A stretch of DNA of 64,000 bases, taken from assembly GCA_037447605.1 (NCBI GenBank), contig CM074804.1:7293909-7357908 (forward strand), written 5' to 3'. The translations under genes were made by a program, and so were the position numbers. Below, piece by piece: positions 23,101 through 35,117 of this stretch. The notes under the pieces are model-generated. The model saw nothing but the letters and a program-made list of their open reading frames with translations. It had not been told where the DNA came from and did not search any database. The stretch's first letter is position 1. The number at the start of each line of letters is the position of its first letter. This stretch comes from Zygnema circumcarinatum SAG 698-1b. Its lineage: Eukaryota; Plantae; Zygnematophyceae.

Positions 23101-26100
23101 AAAGCAGGCATCTCTCTTCTCGCCTTCTCTCCCTCCCTCCCTCTTCTTCTCATGAGCCGAACCGATGGTATCACTCGAAAAGAAAAGGGAAAAAGAAGAA
23201 GCAATCCTGACCGCCCATCGCTTGCGGTTGAGTTCCCGACTCCAACGCGAGTAGATGACTGTGATGTGCATGATGGGGGCCATGGTGGTGAAGGCGAGCA
23301 TGCTCAGCTTCCAGCTCGTCCAGAAACAGAGGCCCACTCCTCCTGCGAGAGAGGCAACATTGCGGACTAAGGTAGAGAGCTGCCAATTCAGGGGCTCCGC
23401 CATCGCTGTCACGTCATTGGTCAGCCGGGAGGTGAGCTGCACAAGACAGTGGAAGCAGGAAGGGAGTCAGCTGCTGCATCGGATGGATGGGTTTTCTGAA
23501 GGGAGTGTGCGTTTTAGACTTTACAAGATTGCAAAATTTGTGAACAACAAGGGGTGTTCATGTAACACCACACTATCACTATTTGATGCAAGCCAACAGC
23601 GTGGCTTCTTGAAGTAAACGTTCATTGTAGCCTAATGAAGCACTGCTGAGGATAGTCGAGATCAGGAAACTTGATCAAGTTAAACACGTCATGACTTTTG
23701 TCAGTAGTGCTCACATCAACCATCGACCATGTTTACAAACAGGTTCAAAACGACGAATGCAGACATTCTGGCACCACTAACGAGCATATATAAAGCCCAT
23801 CAATTTCCTCAATACAAAGGAAAACACACCTCTCCGGTGGTAGTTGCATCAAAATACGCGATATCTTGAATGATGACTCCGCTAAAAAGACGATCTTGCA
23901 ATGTTTTCAGCACTCGCTTTCCGACCACGCTGAAGCAAAGACCTCGAAGTCCGCCAAAAATTCCCGTCACGAGTGAAAAGGAAGCCATGAGGAACACGTG
24001 GCGTTTGAATGCCTCCACATTCATCTTGTTCACATCATCCAGAATTCGGCCCTGCACCGCCATGGTGGCCAATACAACCATCGCTCAGAAAAGTAGGCTT
24101 AATGGGTTATGGGTGAGGTCGATCAGCCTCTTTAGCACCAACTTACAACCAGCATCAACAACACTATTGGTCATTTGACTCGTACAGAAAGTGTAACATG
24201 AAGGAGGTACGACAGTGAGGAGGGGAGAGAGAGAGGCATACTCATTTCTCCTCTAAAGTGAGATTCCAATAACTCCAAGCAAGTGACTCAAGCCATCAAC
24301 TCAGTTCCCAGTTCGTTCGCAAAATGAATGAGGTTCGCACCTGATAGTGGGGTAGAATGAGGCCAGTAGACGAAGTGATAGCTAGAAATATGAAGCCAAG
24401 TAGAATGATTCCGCACTCGTTCTTGGCCAGAGAAATGGCTCGCATCAAATAGGTGCGAGGGCTCACAACTGCTTCATCTCTCACTCCCTTGTCACCTCGC
24501 AGCCGGCCCTCTCTCGCACTCGTTGAGTCACTACCACGAGCCAAGAACAACATAGAAAAGAGAGAGAACACACACAAAATCAGCGAGGTTTCTCTAGTTG
24601 CGAAGACTTTTAAGGTGTGCGTCATACTTCAGGAACAAAGGGTGAGTCAACATTACATCATGTAGAAGCCTCCCTTGCCTTAAAACTAAAGAAAATGAGG
24701 GTGCCCAAAAGGAATCAAATACACACGGCACCCCCAAAACGCAAAGCTTATCATTCCACATGCAAAATTTGCCTTGTATCTTGTCACAAATCTGCATACC
24801 TCTGCCTAACAGACCCAGTAGCCAGTGTGGTAACCTCCACTGTCTCCCCCCCCTCCTCCCCCTCCCTCCTCTTCCCACTATTCAGACCCCCAGTCCTCCC
24901 CGCGGTCCTCTCCTCCTTCTCCGCTATTCCCACAGCGCGGCCGAGGACGCCGCTCCCCTCCGCGAGGTAGCTCGCGCACGTGCTCAGAGCGTTGATCCAA
25001 ACCACGCCGAACCCCATCAGCACTCCCTCCACGCCCTCGTTTTGAAAGTTGAAGGAAACGCATTTCGCCCCAACACATATCTGGGGTTGCATGGGGACAC
25101 ATGCGATGAACTCAGTTACGACATGACATATCGGGTATGCGGAAGGTGGCTCCGAAAAGCACAAAGGAGACGCCTCTAGTGCAGGTCGGGTTTCTCGAGT
25201 TCGACCCTAAGCATAAGGAGGTTGTTATAAGATAAGGAGGGTTCTATCTAACAGAGAAGAACATTGTAGACGACCAGCGGAAAGGGACAGTAACTGACTA
25301 CATGCTTGCAGTTTAACATTAGTCTGGTTCATTCATAAAAGACCGGACGATTTGCCTAAAGATAGCCACAACCTTTTCCTGGTTACTGTTTTGACGGTAC
25401 AAACTGCCTACGAAGCGGGAAGCAAGCAGCAGCAGCTGTATCTATCTTTTGAAAAAAGAGAACAGTCGTCACTGTAAGTCATGAATACTGCATGTTCTTG
25501 ACGATTGTCCCATACTGTGTGAGCCTTATCTCTGTGACCTTTATTGAAAGTCCAGACCCAAAATGAATCAGCCGATGCACTTTTTATGCCTTCAAAGAAC
25601 TCGTCTAAAAGCTGACCTGGAAGAAGGTGCAAAGGAGGAAAGTCGCAAACAGTGTAATATCCTTCCGTGAAAGAGAGTTGATCCAATCGGAGAACTTGGG
25701 GTCTTCCACATTCGCATCTGCCTTCTTCACTATCCTTTCAGTTTCACCTTCCCCTTCTCTGTCCTTCAACAAAGGTGTTGTCAAGCCATTCTGCACCGAT
25801 CTCCGCTCACTCTTGGACCCCCCTGCGAAGGGTTCAGACTTCTTTTGCAGTTTCCTCTGTTCTTTTGGCAGCTTTCCTTCCAAACCCTGGCAGTGGCCTT
25901 CAGCAAATGCGAAACTGCAGGCGAGGTAAGCTAAGAATAGGAGGAGGCAGATTCGCACAAGGCAAAGTAGGACCAGGTCCAGTGAATCTGAGCGGAAACT
26001 ACGGACAGCAGTCCAGAAATCCGCCCATGTGAATGGTCCATCTGTCAAGTGGCCCCAGTGAAGTACAATGTACAGTGCCTGTGACATCACAACAGAAAGA

Positions 26101-26445
26101 AGTGTGAGAGAGGAATTGCTTCAATTAAAGAGTTTCGAAAAGAAACAACGTGACAGTAACCTGTAAATTCTGGCCTCAAGTTCTTCAACTTACACGATAA
26201 ACCCCATAAGAGAATCAACTGTAAGTTTAAACGAACGTAACATGTATCATGCCCTCACACCTATGGAAACTGCCATAGGCTCTCTCACGGTGACTGGTCT
26301 TGCTTACCACAGCAAAAGACAAATCCAGGAATATGACGATCAGGAAAATGCCAAAGTTCCATAGCCGTTGCTTGGTTGCAACCTTTGGATCAGTGGTCCC
26401 CTGATACCCCCTGTCGGGTTCAACCTTTCCGTCCCTCTTCCCCAT
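20143..26445 (-). CDS. ABCB half transporter, TAP/TAPL-type, with an extra N-terminal four-helix membrane domain (TMD0)
   Basis: Twelve in-frame exons: 26308..26445, 25617..26078, 24800..25080, 24341..24530, 23830..24051, 23212..23436, 22765..22973, 22382..22583, 21635..21996, 21360..21456, 20596..20845, 20143..20258. Walker [10 protein letters not shown], signature LSGGQ, Walker [13 protein letters not shown]-loop VAHR. Confidence 0.93.
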
Positions 26446-26521
26446 ACCGCCCCCCCCGCCAACGTGGTGGTGACCGCCACCCCCCGCCACAATTGACGAG
26501 TCTGTATTCACTCTACTGAGA

Positions 26522-26564
26522 GTGGTGCTTGCAAACGATGAGGGTGGTGCTTGCAAACGATGAG
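26522..26564. repeat. Perfect 21-bp tandem duplication (period 22) just upstream of the ABCB start
   Basis: GTGGTGCTTGCAAACGATGAG at 26522..26542 and again at 26544..26564. Confidence 0.9.
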
Positions 26565-27826
26565 CTTCAAAATGTTCCCTCCTTAGTTGTGATCACTCGA
26601 ACTTGGCTTCATCCGCTGCACAAACTGTGGAAAGGGGAGCTGCTCTGTCAGCCAATTAACAGCAGTAGGATATGCTTTTGCCGACTATACATTTTTTGCC
26701 AGTTAGTCAACATTAGCCAAGCTTGGTATAAGTGATCGCCTTTCCGTGTGTCTACATCATTCCTTCTTTAAAAAAAAAACTAATGGGCATCCCCAGTTTG
26801 ATTCCAAATTCCGAACGCTGCTTAAGCATACAACTCTATCTGCAAGAAGTCAATGATTGAGCCAAGCTACAAAGTGGCGGCATCATACCGAGCTACTCCA
26901 AGAAAAGTGAATTCATAAACAATCTAGATGATTGCAAAAAAATCGTTTGCTCCCAAGTCCCAAACCATTCAAGCCGACAATCATAAAGCTAGAATTGCGA
27001 GCAAGTGTATTCTATCAATTAACGGAAGCTCGAGGGTGGCAAACTCAGTAGAAAGTGTATATAAACCTTTGCGAAGTCATAGTACTGTAGCTAATCATCT
27101 TCCTCCAATAATTGCATCCCTACATCGTCTGGAAGACTAACACTATCATTGAAATAAACAAATTGTGGACAAATGCACGGACGAAAAACCTCTTAACCCT
27201 CCCAGTAGACTAACAATCGCACAAATCTCAACGATACAAGCAGCTGGGAGATTCAGCATCACGTTATGTAATTGGAGCCCAGAATTTTCAGCCTCTTGAG
27301 CGGTGTACTACCAAGGGTAGCACAACGAGCCACTGGAGACGAGTGACAAGAGCCAGCCAGCATATAATTGTTGGCTGCAAACGGAACCCGTTTTCAAGAA
27401 AGTTCAATAAATAAAACGACCACATGAACCACGATGGAATATGAGAAAATTGCTCCAAATTGAGAACAGTAACCAATTGCACGGCCTCACCCACAGGAGG
27501 TCCATGCCACCACTATACAATTTCCAGCAACCGACTGAATAATTCACCGCACGGCATCCCTCTCATCCAGGCCCTCTACTATGATCCCTGCCAGGCTACT
27601 CTGCCCCTTCACCTGCACGAGTCCATTTCAACAACGTATACATAGCCTAGACACCCCAAGCCCTAAAAAAATACGAGCAAATCCTAAATTTCCCTTCCCT
27701 CGTCCACAGCCTCCGGCCAGAGTTCCGACTCTTCTCCCCGTCGTCCCTCCCTACAATTCCCACCCTCTCTCTCCCAAATTCTCACCTTATTGCAGTTTCG
27801 ATTGCAGCGAAGGCCGTCTCTTGCGC

Positions 27827-27907
27827 TCAGAGATTCCCGCGAAGGAATATTCCCTCTCCTCTGTCTCGCCGGGGGAGCAGAGTCCGAGGAGAAGCCCTCC
27901 CCTGCAT
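27827..27907 (-). promoter_or_regulatory. Putative 26-aa uORF in an untranslated first exon of the ABCB gene
   Basis: A GA-rich leader follows G-boxes at 28044 and 28191. The ORF MQGRASPRTLLPRRDRGEGIFLRGNL* is followed by a strong AAG|GTGAGA donor at 27786/27785. The link to ABCB is inferred. Confidence 0.4.
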
Positions 27908-28328
27908 GCCTCCAGTCCGTTTCTCCGCTCCCTCCCGCTTTCTCCCTCCCTCGCTCCCTCCCTCACGCCCTCGCTCCCTTTCCCTGTCCACCGGTCCGTT
28001 GGCCTCCGCGCATGGAGGGACCCCTTTGCCAGTAGCGTCCCGCCACGTGGTAACTAAGGCCAATGAGATTGCGCCACGGCAGCCGCGGGCGGTCCCTCGA
28101 GGGCGCTTTCCGTTGGATCCGACAACTCCATGGAGGCGGAGGCGTCGAGATCTCTGGACCAATCATAGTGTGCCACGCATGCAATATGTACACGTGGCAG
28201 ACTCTCATTAGCCAGTCCGTGCTTAACAGTTGGTACGTTCAATGGAGACTCCCACCGAGTCGTCGTCGCGTTCAGGCGGGGGGCGAGGGGGTGGGGGGCG
28301 ACACGCTGCCCTGGGGGAGGCCCATGCG

Positions 28329-28516
<188 letters not shown>

Positions 28517-29316
28517 GGGAGGTAGGGTACACGCATGTATGCGCCATCTCGATGCTTCGCGGCATGGGCAACTCACGGCAGCGCGACGGTGAGGCTGTGG
28601 AAAGTGATGTAAGTCGAGCTGCTCTCGGAGCTTTTACAAGACACTCTCATTATCTGTGATTGCCGCTTCCAGAGAAGAGCACCTTGTAAAAATTGCACGA
28701 CAATCACTTATTGATTACGATAAGCACACTTCACGAATGTTCTGTCCGCAAGAATGAGCAGCTTGCTGAGCTACCAAACCAGCCCACTATATGGCTGTAC
28801 TACATGAGAGTAATGGGGAATGGAAGCACCATTCTACTCAGGAGCCCCTTATTACAAAATGTTGACCCAGCCTGCCTGCCTGCCTGCCTATTGGTACCCA
28901 CATTCTGCGGTGCGAAGGACAAACGGCTGTCCACCTGCGCTTATTCGCCAAACCAGGCTCTATTAACTACCATAGTCAAAAGCCCGGGCACGCATCCTTC
29001 TGCTTCCAACAAAGGTACCCGGCAGTCTACATAACCTCCGGAGCCTGTTCACCCCAAGGCCAGCTAATACTACTCACGGGAGAGTGGCTGGCCTGGTGCA
29101 ATGTTTCCAGCAAGAATAGCCTCTAGAGTACGAGGATCGGACACTGTTATTGACCAAATCTTGTATGCAGAGAACATCTTCCTGCGGCTAGGGTTCTGGA
29201 ACAACCCCATATTATGAAGCTGCAATTTTGAACAGTCTTCAGCGCCAGCCGGTATTTTGAACCACTTAGCATGCACGCACATTTGAGATTGACAGATACG
29301 GTGGAGCTCTGCTAGT

Positions 29317-31854
29317 TCAAAGAAGTGAACAGCTATCTCCTCGCCTCTTTTGGACAAGTCCTGCCTGCCTGAGCTCTGCATCACGAGCCTGCCTCTCCGA
29401 GGCATATGCGAAGTCGCTCGTATCAAGGCCATACTGCAGTAGCCACAGAACCACAAGAACACGATGACACTTGGATCATGGTCAAAACCTAATGAGTTAG
29501 CTTCTACTCAAGGTGCCTTCTAAAAATGGCAGCATTGGGATAGACACAGGCAGGCCCTCTATGATAGGTCCTCCTGTTCACTGCAGCGACTATCGATATG
29601 TAAATAGAGAAGTCAATTGACACAAGGAACCAATTTTTATCCCAACAAGTCGAATTCCGAACAACAAACTAAACAACAAACTCAGCGACCTCCTTGTGTC
29701 CATTGAAAACACACCTTTTCGAGCATTCGGGTGCGCCAAGCATCGCTTGTTTGCGTCCTCAACTGTGGAACTGGTGGTGATTGCATTGACAGCTGTTGTG
29801 GCTGAGATGACGACCCTGGATTCACGTAGTGCTGTGGAAGAAGAGGTTCCTTAGATGCTCGTTGCCAGTTGGGAGCAGACACATCGCACTCGTCATCACA
29901 CTCCGAGTTCACGGCCATAACTCGAAGGACTAGAGCAAGGATGAGGGAAAACAACTGCCACCCACAACAAATAGATGGTGCTAGTCAGTCAGCGAGAGGT
30001 CCAGTGGGAGATCTATGAAAAAAGATCAAATGGAATTTAAAGAATACGGCATGCATTAACTGGTGGTGAATGTTTGCGAGATGGCCACAACATGTGAGAA
30101 AAGGAAAATCTGGATTCAGAATGGTTCCCAACGCAGACAAGAAGTTTCGCTGCTATCACCGCTGACCGGTCACATGCTCTGAACAGGAGAACAGAGGGCT
30201 GACAAGCAGACATTTCACCTCTATAAGGAGCACAGCTAACCCTCCCCACTTGCAGATTTCCAGGTTATCGAGTATGAAGTCCTTAGCCTTCCTTGCCTGT
30301 CCCGTTGGGTCATCAGGCAATTCCTGAATCCAATACAACAAAGCAAAATACCAATAAGCAATCGGCTCAAGATATGCATCCTAAAAATGCTAATATCTGA
30401 AACTGTGCGATTGAACCCTGCAACTTGACTTGACTTGACAGACCCTGCAATTTGAACAAGCTGGAGTCCACGCAACTACCACTTCAACGGAATTTGCTTC
30501 GACATAGAAAAGTAGTAAAACGTGTGTTTGCATAAGCTGACCTAGCTCCTCAAAATGCCCTCATTTGTGACAACAAGGAAGCAGCACATACCCTTTCCCA
30601 ATCCTTATCGAAGAATATCAGAGCCGCAAAGGCTGCTTGAATTGTCAGGATCAAAAGCAATCCAAATTGGTACTGAAGAAAGTGTCAAGGACAAAACGAA
30701 AGGTAGCTAGCTATGCCAGCAACATTCTGCCGAAGCAAACTTAGTGAAAAAACTTCGGAATTTTCCATCCTTTGTGTTATCTAAAGATTGAGAAAATACA
30801 CACTTTGTCATCAGCAAGGACAGCGCAGGAAAAGTCCAAGTAGGAATGGTGAAAGTTTCATCTGCCTGAATTCAGCCTTTAAGGAGCTGGATACACATGA
30901 AAGGCAGCAAGCGCTGTGAGTCTCCGCGGCGCATGCTCCTGTAAGTGTTACCAGCACAATGAAAGCTCCAGCACCAAAAGTTGCGTAGATAAACCTGCGG
31001 CAAAAGGCCGACATCAAACAAAGCTGTTGCATAAAACCTGTCGTTAAGAGCTGCCGAAAACTGGGCAAACGATGTCCTGAAAACGTTCAAGCTGCCATAA
31101 CCTTGATAAATTAGAACACTCAAAACTGAGGAACATGCCAATGAAAAACAAAAACATAGATTAAGGAAAGAATCCGTCCTTCCCATTTATACACGCTATT
31201 TGGTACAACTGTACCTGCTGTACAAGACAGTATTATATATAATATTCCTCGGGAAAGAGGATCTCCCACTAATCCTGACTACCTAAATCATTACATCCTT
31301 AAGAATCTTCTGCTTCGTCAACAAGTCTAAGATAATTGTCGCAGGGGCAACTTCAAAAGGCTGACAGTGAAAGCGCCTGCTGCAATATATCCAGGTTTCA
31401 GACTGTACTCGGTCGTACTACAAAAAAAACATGGCCGGACCTTTGCTTTACTAAATGGAAGCATCGGCACATAACTTCAAAGGGACGAAAAAGGCTAGTT
31501 TCACACTAAATCATGCTAAGCCAGAGCATCGCAACTAACCGCATTCAGGAACCACGCAGCTTACCAGGGAAGATCCTTCAATGAGTCAGGCCACGAGAAC
31601 CGATCGAAGATATTTTGAACAGCAAAACTTCCTGACGAAAAAATCCCGGCACTGGCATTTTCTGAAGAATTTCCTCCCGAAAACTTCCAAGAATAGCCTG
31701 GACTCGGCTCAGGAGCTAGTGTAGGGAAATCCTCATTGACCCATTCCTTGTAGAGCCACCAGGAGTACAGCAGCATCAGCAATCCGCACAGCAAGAGTAT
31801 GAAGTTCAGTGCTTTGAGCAGAGACTGCAAAAATGCCTTGCAGTAGTAGCCCAT
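29317..31854 (-). CDS. TOM2A: TOM2A-like tetraspanin (tobamovirus multiplication 2A family) with C-terminal CaaX
   Basis: Six exons; ATG at 31854 (MGYYCKAFLQSLLKALNF). Motifs WFIYATFGAG..CCLSC|YQFGLLL, ELPDDPTG, DAWRTRMLEK|YGLDTSDFAY, ending GDSCSLL* at 29317. Confidence 0.9.
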
Positions 31855-31909
31855 TGCTGCGCCCGCTCTTGTTCCGGGACAGACTGGGCCGGCTGGGTGG
31901 CCTGCACGG

Positions 31910-32341
31910 TAGGGTTGGGGGCACGGGGCACGGGCATGCCCGGGGGGGGGGCATGCCCCCCATTTTTGACCGTCCGTGCCCGGGGCACGCCTCCAAAAAT
32001 TTTCCCCATATATTTCGTGCCCCCCCGTGCCCCCTGTCACGTGACGCTTACCTCGTACGACCAGGCCCGGGCCGGTGACGATTGTTGTGTTGAGTACTGT
32101 CCGTACTTTTCATATTTTCCCGTACATGTGTACCTTTATTCGTACGTTTAGTACATTCATCTGTACTTTCTGTACCTTCATCCGTACCGTTTTTAAAATA
32201 GTATATTCTTTTTGTGGCCGATTTGAATTGCTCAATGCAGTCACGTCACGGGGCACGAAAAAGGGGCATGCCCCCCCCCCAAGGGGGGGGGGGCACGTGC
32301 CCCTGGGCACGGGTCGGAGGGGGACCGTGCCCCCAACCCTA
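31910..32341. mobile_element. Non-autonomous hAT-superfamily DNA transposon (MITE), 432 bp
   Basis: Perfect 17-bp TIRs TAGGGTTGGGGGCACGG (31910..31926) and CCGTGCCCCCAACCCTA (32325..32341). Perfect 8-bp TSD CTGCACGG (31902..31909 and 32342..32349). Subterminal GGGCAC/GGGCAT motifs; no transposase ORF. Confidence 0.93.
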
Positions 32342-32451
32342 CTGCACGGGCAGTGGCAGAGGCAGGCGCAGGCGGGGGCCGGCCGAGGGGCGCCTGCGTA
32401 GGGGGGGGGAGGCGTGCAGGCGCGGGCAAGGGCAGGGCGCGGCGGGGCGGC

Positions 32452-32457
32452 AAAAAA
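32452..32457 (-). terminator. Pol III T6 terminator of tRNA-Tyr
   Basis: A6 on the plus strand (T6 on the minus strand), 8 nt downstream of the tRNA discriminator base. Confidence 0.8.
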
Positions 32458-32465
32458 GAACTCGA

Positions 32466-32548
32466 TCCGACCAACCGGATTCGAACCAGTGACCTAAGGA
32501 TAACAGCAACTCTACAGTCCTCCGCTCTACCAACTGAGCTATGGTCGG
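32466..32548 (-). tRNA. trnY-GUA: Nuclear tRNA-Tyr(GUA) with 10-nt canonical intron (32502..32511)
   Basis: CCGACCATAGCTCAGTTGGTAGAGCGGAGGACTGTAG-[AGTTGCTGTT]-ATCCTTAGGTCACTGGTTCGAATCCGGTTGGTCGGA folds as a full cloverleaf with a 7-bp acceptor stem CCGACCA/TGGTCGG. Confidence 0.98.
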
Positions 32549-32957
32549 GATGTGAATAGATGCGAAAATGTTAATTTTGATATTTTTTTATTACCGCTTT
32601 TGCGCCTTATACGTTTTGCATGCGCAGGTGATGGCATCGCCAGACTCGTGAGATGATGAGACTGGTGACGACTTGTAGGTCTGACATGCCCTAGTGCCAA
32701 TTCACTTCTTCTTCACTTTACGGATGGATGGTGTCCGTTGCGATGGCAAACATACATTTCTTTCTCTAAAAGCAAAACATGTCAAAGTGCAGGAACACCC
32801 AGAGGACAGATGAAGCACAGCGCGGCCACTTTTGCTTATTTTTGCAGTGCGGGAACAAAATGAAAAGTCCCATGGCCATCTGATGATGAAGCACTTGGGC
32901 AAGTTTCCACATCACTGCGGCCTTCCTTGCGAGGCTCGCATTCATCTCGAGGTTGCA

Positions 32958-35042
32958 TTAGGAAGGACGTGAGCTGCACTTGTTTTTGCCGACCCATTCC
33001 AGAACCAAGGCGATCCTTTCTTTGCTTGAAAATATGCTGCACATTGTAACAAAAAAAAAAAAATGGAGACATTGAGAAATCAACCCCACTGCTCTTCCAA
33101 CAACCCCGCACGTCTGCTTCACTGCGTCAATGGCTGTTCAGTCCATCCCACTTCAGAACTGGACCACTGCATTCATTCAAATTACTGCACGTAAGCCGTC
33201 ACTCAAAGCCCCACGAGCATGTAAACTGGAAAATGCTCAGTAGAGCTCATGGTTGAAGTCCCACATATTATTACCCTGCAAGTGGTCCCAGTGCGCCTAA
33301 ACAAAAGCATTAGGGTTCTCACTCAAGTGCAGTACGATAGGTCCTCATGGTCTTGCCCTCCTTGTAGCTTCGTTCTTTTGTCGCTGCCTCACTCTCGCAA
33401 ATGCTTTCCTCCCGCAGTTTCCCAGACATGCTAGCACCCTCTTGCATGTAAGCGTCCGTTACAGTTGCTGCAAGTTCCTCCTGTCTCCAATCAAGCACAC
33501 AATACTTAAGCCACTTGCTGCCATACTTCCAGTCCTTGTCACAGTGACTGGAAAGTTATCCTTAGTAGGCCTGAGCATTTATCTATCTACAAGTAGATAA
33601 GTAGAGCTTCAAAGTAATCAATACCGATCTGAATCTGATTTCTCACAACAAAACGTCGGGTAGACCTTCCAAAGGAACAGACAGGCAGGAACCACTCACA
33701 GGAGGTAGAGAAGCATCGAGCCAATGGTAGAGACGTTCGCTTCTAAACCAAACCATTTGTCGTTTAGCATAATTTCTGGCCACCCAGAACGCCGGCAGGT
33801 AGAATTCGGAAAAAGTCCTTCATCTTCATCAGCTAAAGAACTGCATGATGACTAAGAGTCTGTCCCTTTGTAGCTTCATTTTCCTAGAAAGTATAGACAG
33901 GCAAAAGTGCCTCATCCAATCCTATCTCTTCTCTTATGTGACTTTGCTTGCAACGGGCCGTTACATGAAGGGTTTGTGAGATTCTGCAAGCCACATAGAA
34001 CACAACCAATCACTGCTTTGTGATTCAGACGTAATCGATTTGCTCATAGGGGACGAAAAAGGGTCGATAAATCTTGTACGCCTATGAGTATAGCTTTCCA
34101 TGTAAGGGCCAGCAAATAAAGCAATGCAGAGACGGACTTACCGCGATGCTTGTTGGAAGCTGCTCAAAAACTGGAGAAAGGGACCCTCTGTGAGAGCGCT
34201 GCTCTCCTTCCAACACTCTTGAAGATACTCCATGGCCTGCACATGCGAGCCTCAAATTGTCCCAATTTCAAATGAACCTAGTTCAATTCGCTCAAGTGCA
34301 ATCAACTCCTTTCAAATGGAGGCTTGAAATAAGGAGCCGAGGATTGAAAAAGTGGAACCTAGCGAGTTTCGGACATTCAATTCTACTGTCAGGTGAGAGC
34401 TTGTGGGGAATGAAAAACGTTCAAAGAGGGCCGTAAAGATGCGTAGGATGAATGTCCACCTGGCGATATCCTATTGCTCGAGATGCAGGACTGGAGTTCG
34501 GGAACACGCCTTGGTCCAGCAAGGCAGCAGCCTCTCCCAGAATGCCATCTGGCAACACAACATCCCAACAAACCTAAAGAGTGCTTCTTTACGTTCTTTC
34601 TTCCCTCAGCACTCTTCCTCTATTTCTGCAGTGCCGAGCACCGTCAGCAAGGGCAGAAGGAATCAACTGTTCGCCCTCCTCGTTCCCAACTTAAGCTTGA
34701 CCATTAGGGTTGTGGGCGGATTGGTTGAGATCAAACACACCTGCCACCATTTCTTCACATCGTCTGTCGATCCGGCGGTAGAGATCCAACCGCGGCGGGC
34801 ACAGAAAATAGCATTGGAAGTCAAAGTCCAGATCAGAAGGTAGTTGGGGTGATCCACCTTCTTCACTGCTTACAGTTTCAGTTGATAAGGAGTCCCCACC
34901 AGCAGGCCCACCATGGCCGGAAATGGGCTTGGCGAGAGCTATCGCTGAAGGAACCGCAAACTCAGAACGAGGGCGACCTGAAGCCTGCCACAGCCACAGT
35001 GAGTTTTGTAAGGAAGGCTGAAAGTTTAACTAAACAGTCCCC

Positions 35043-35117
<75 letters not shown>

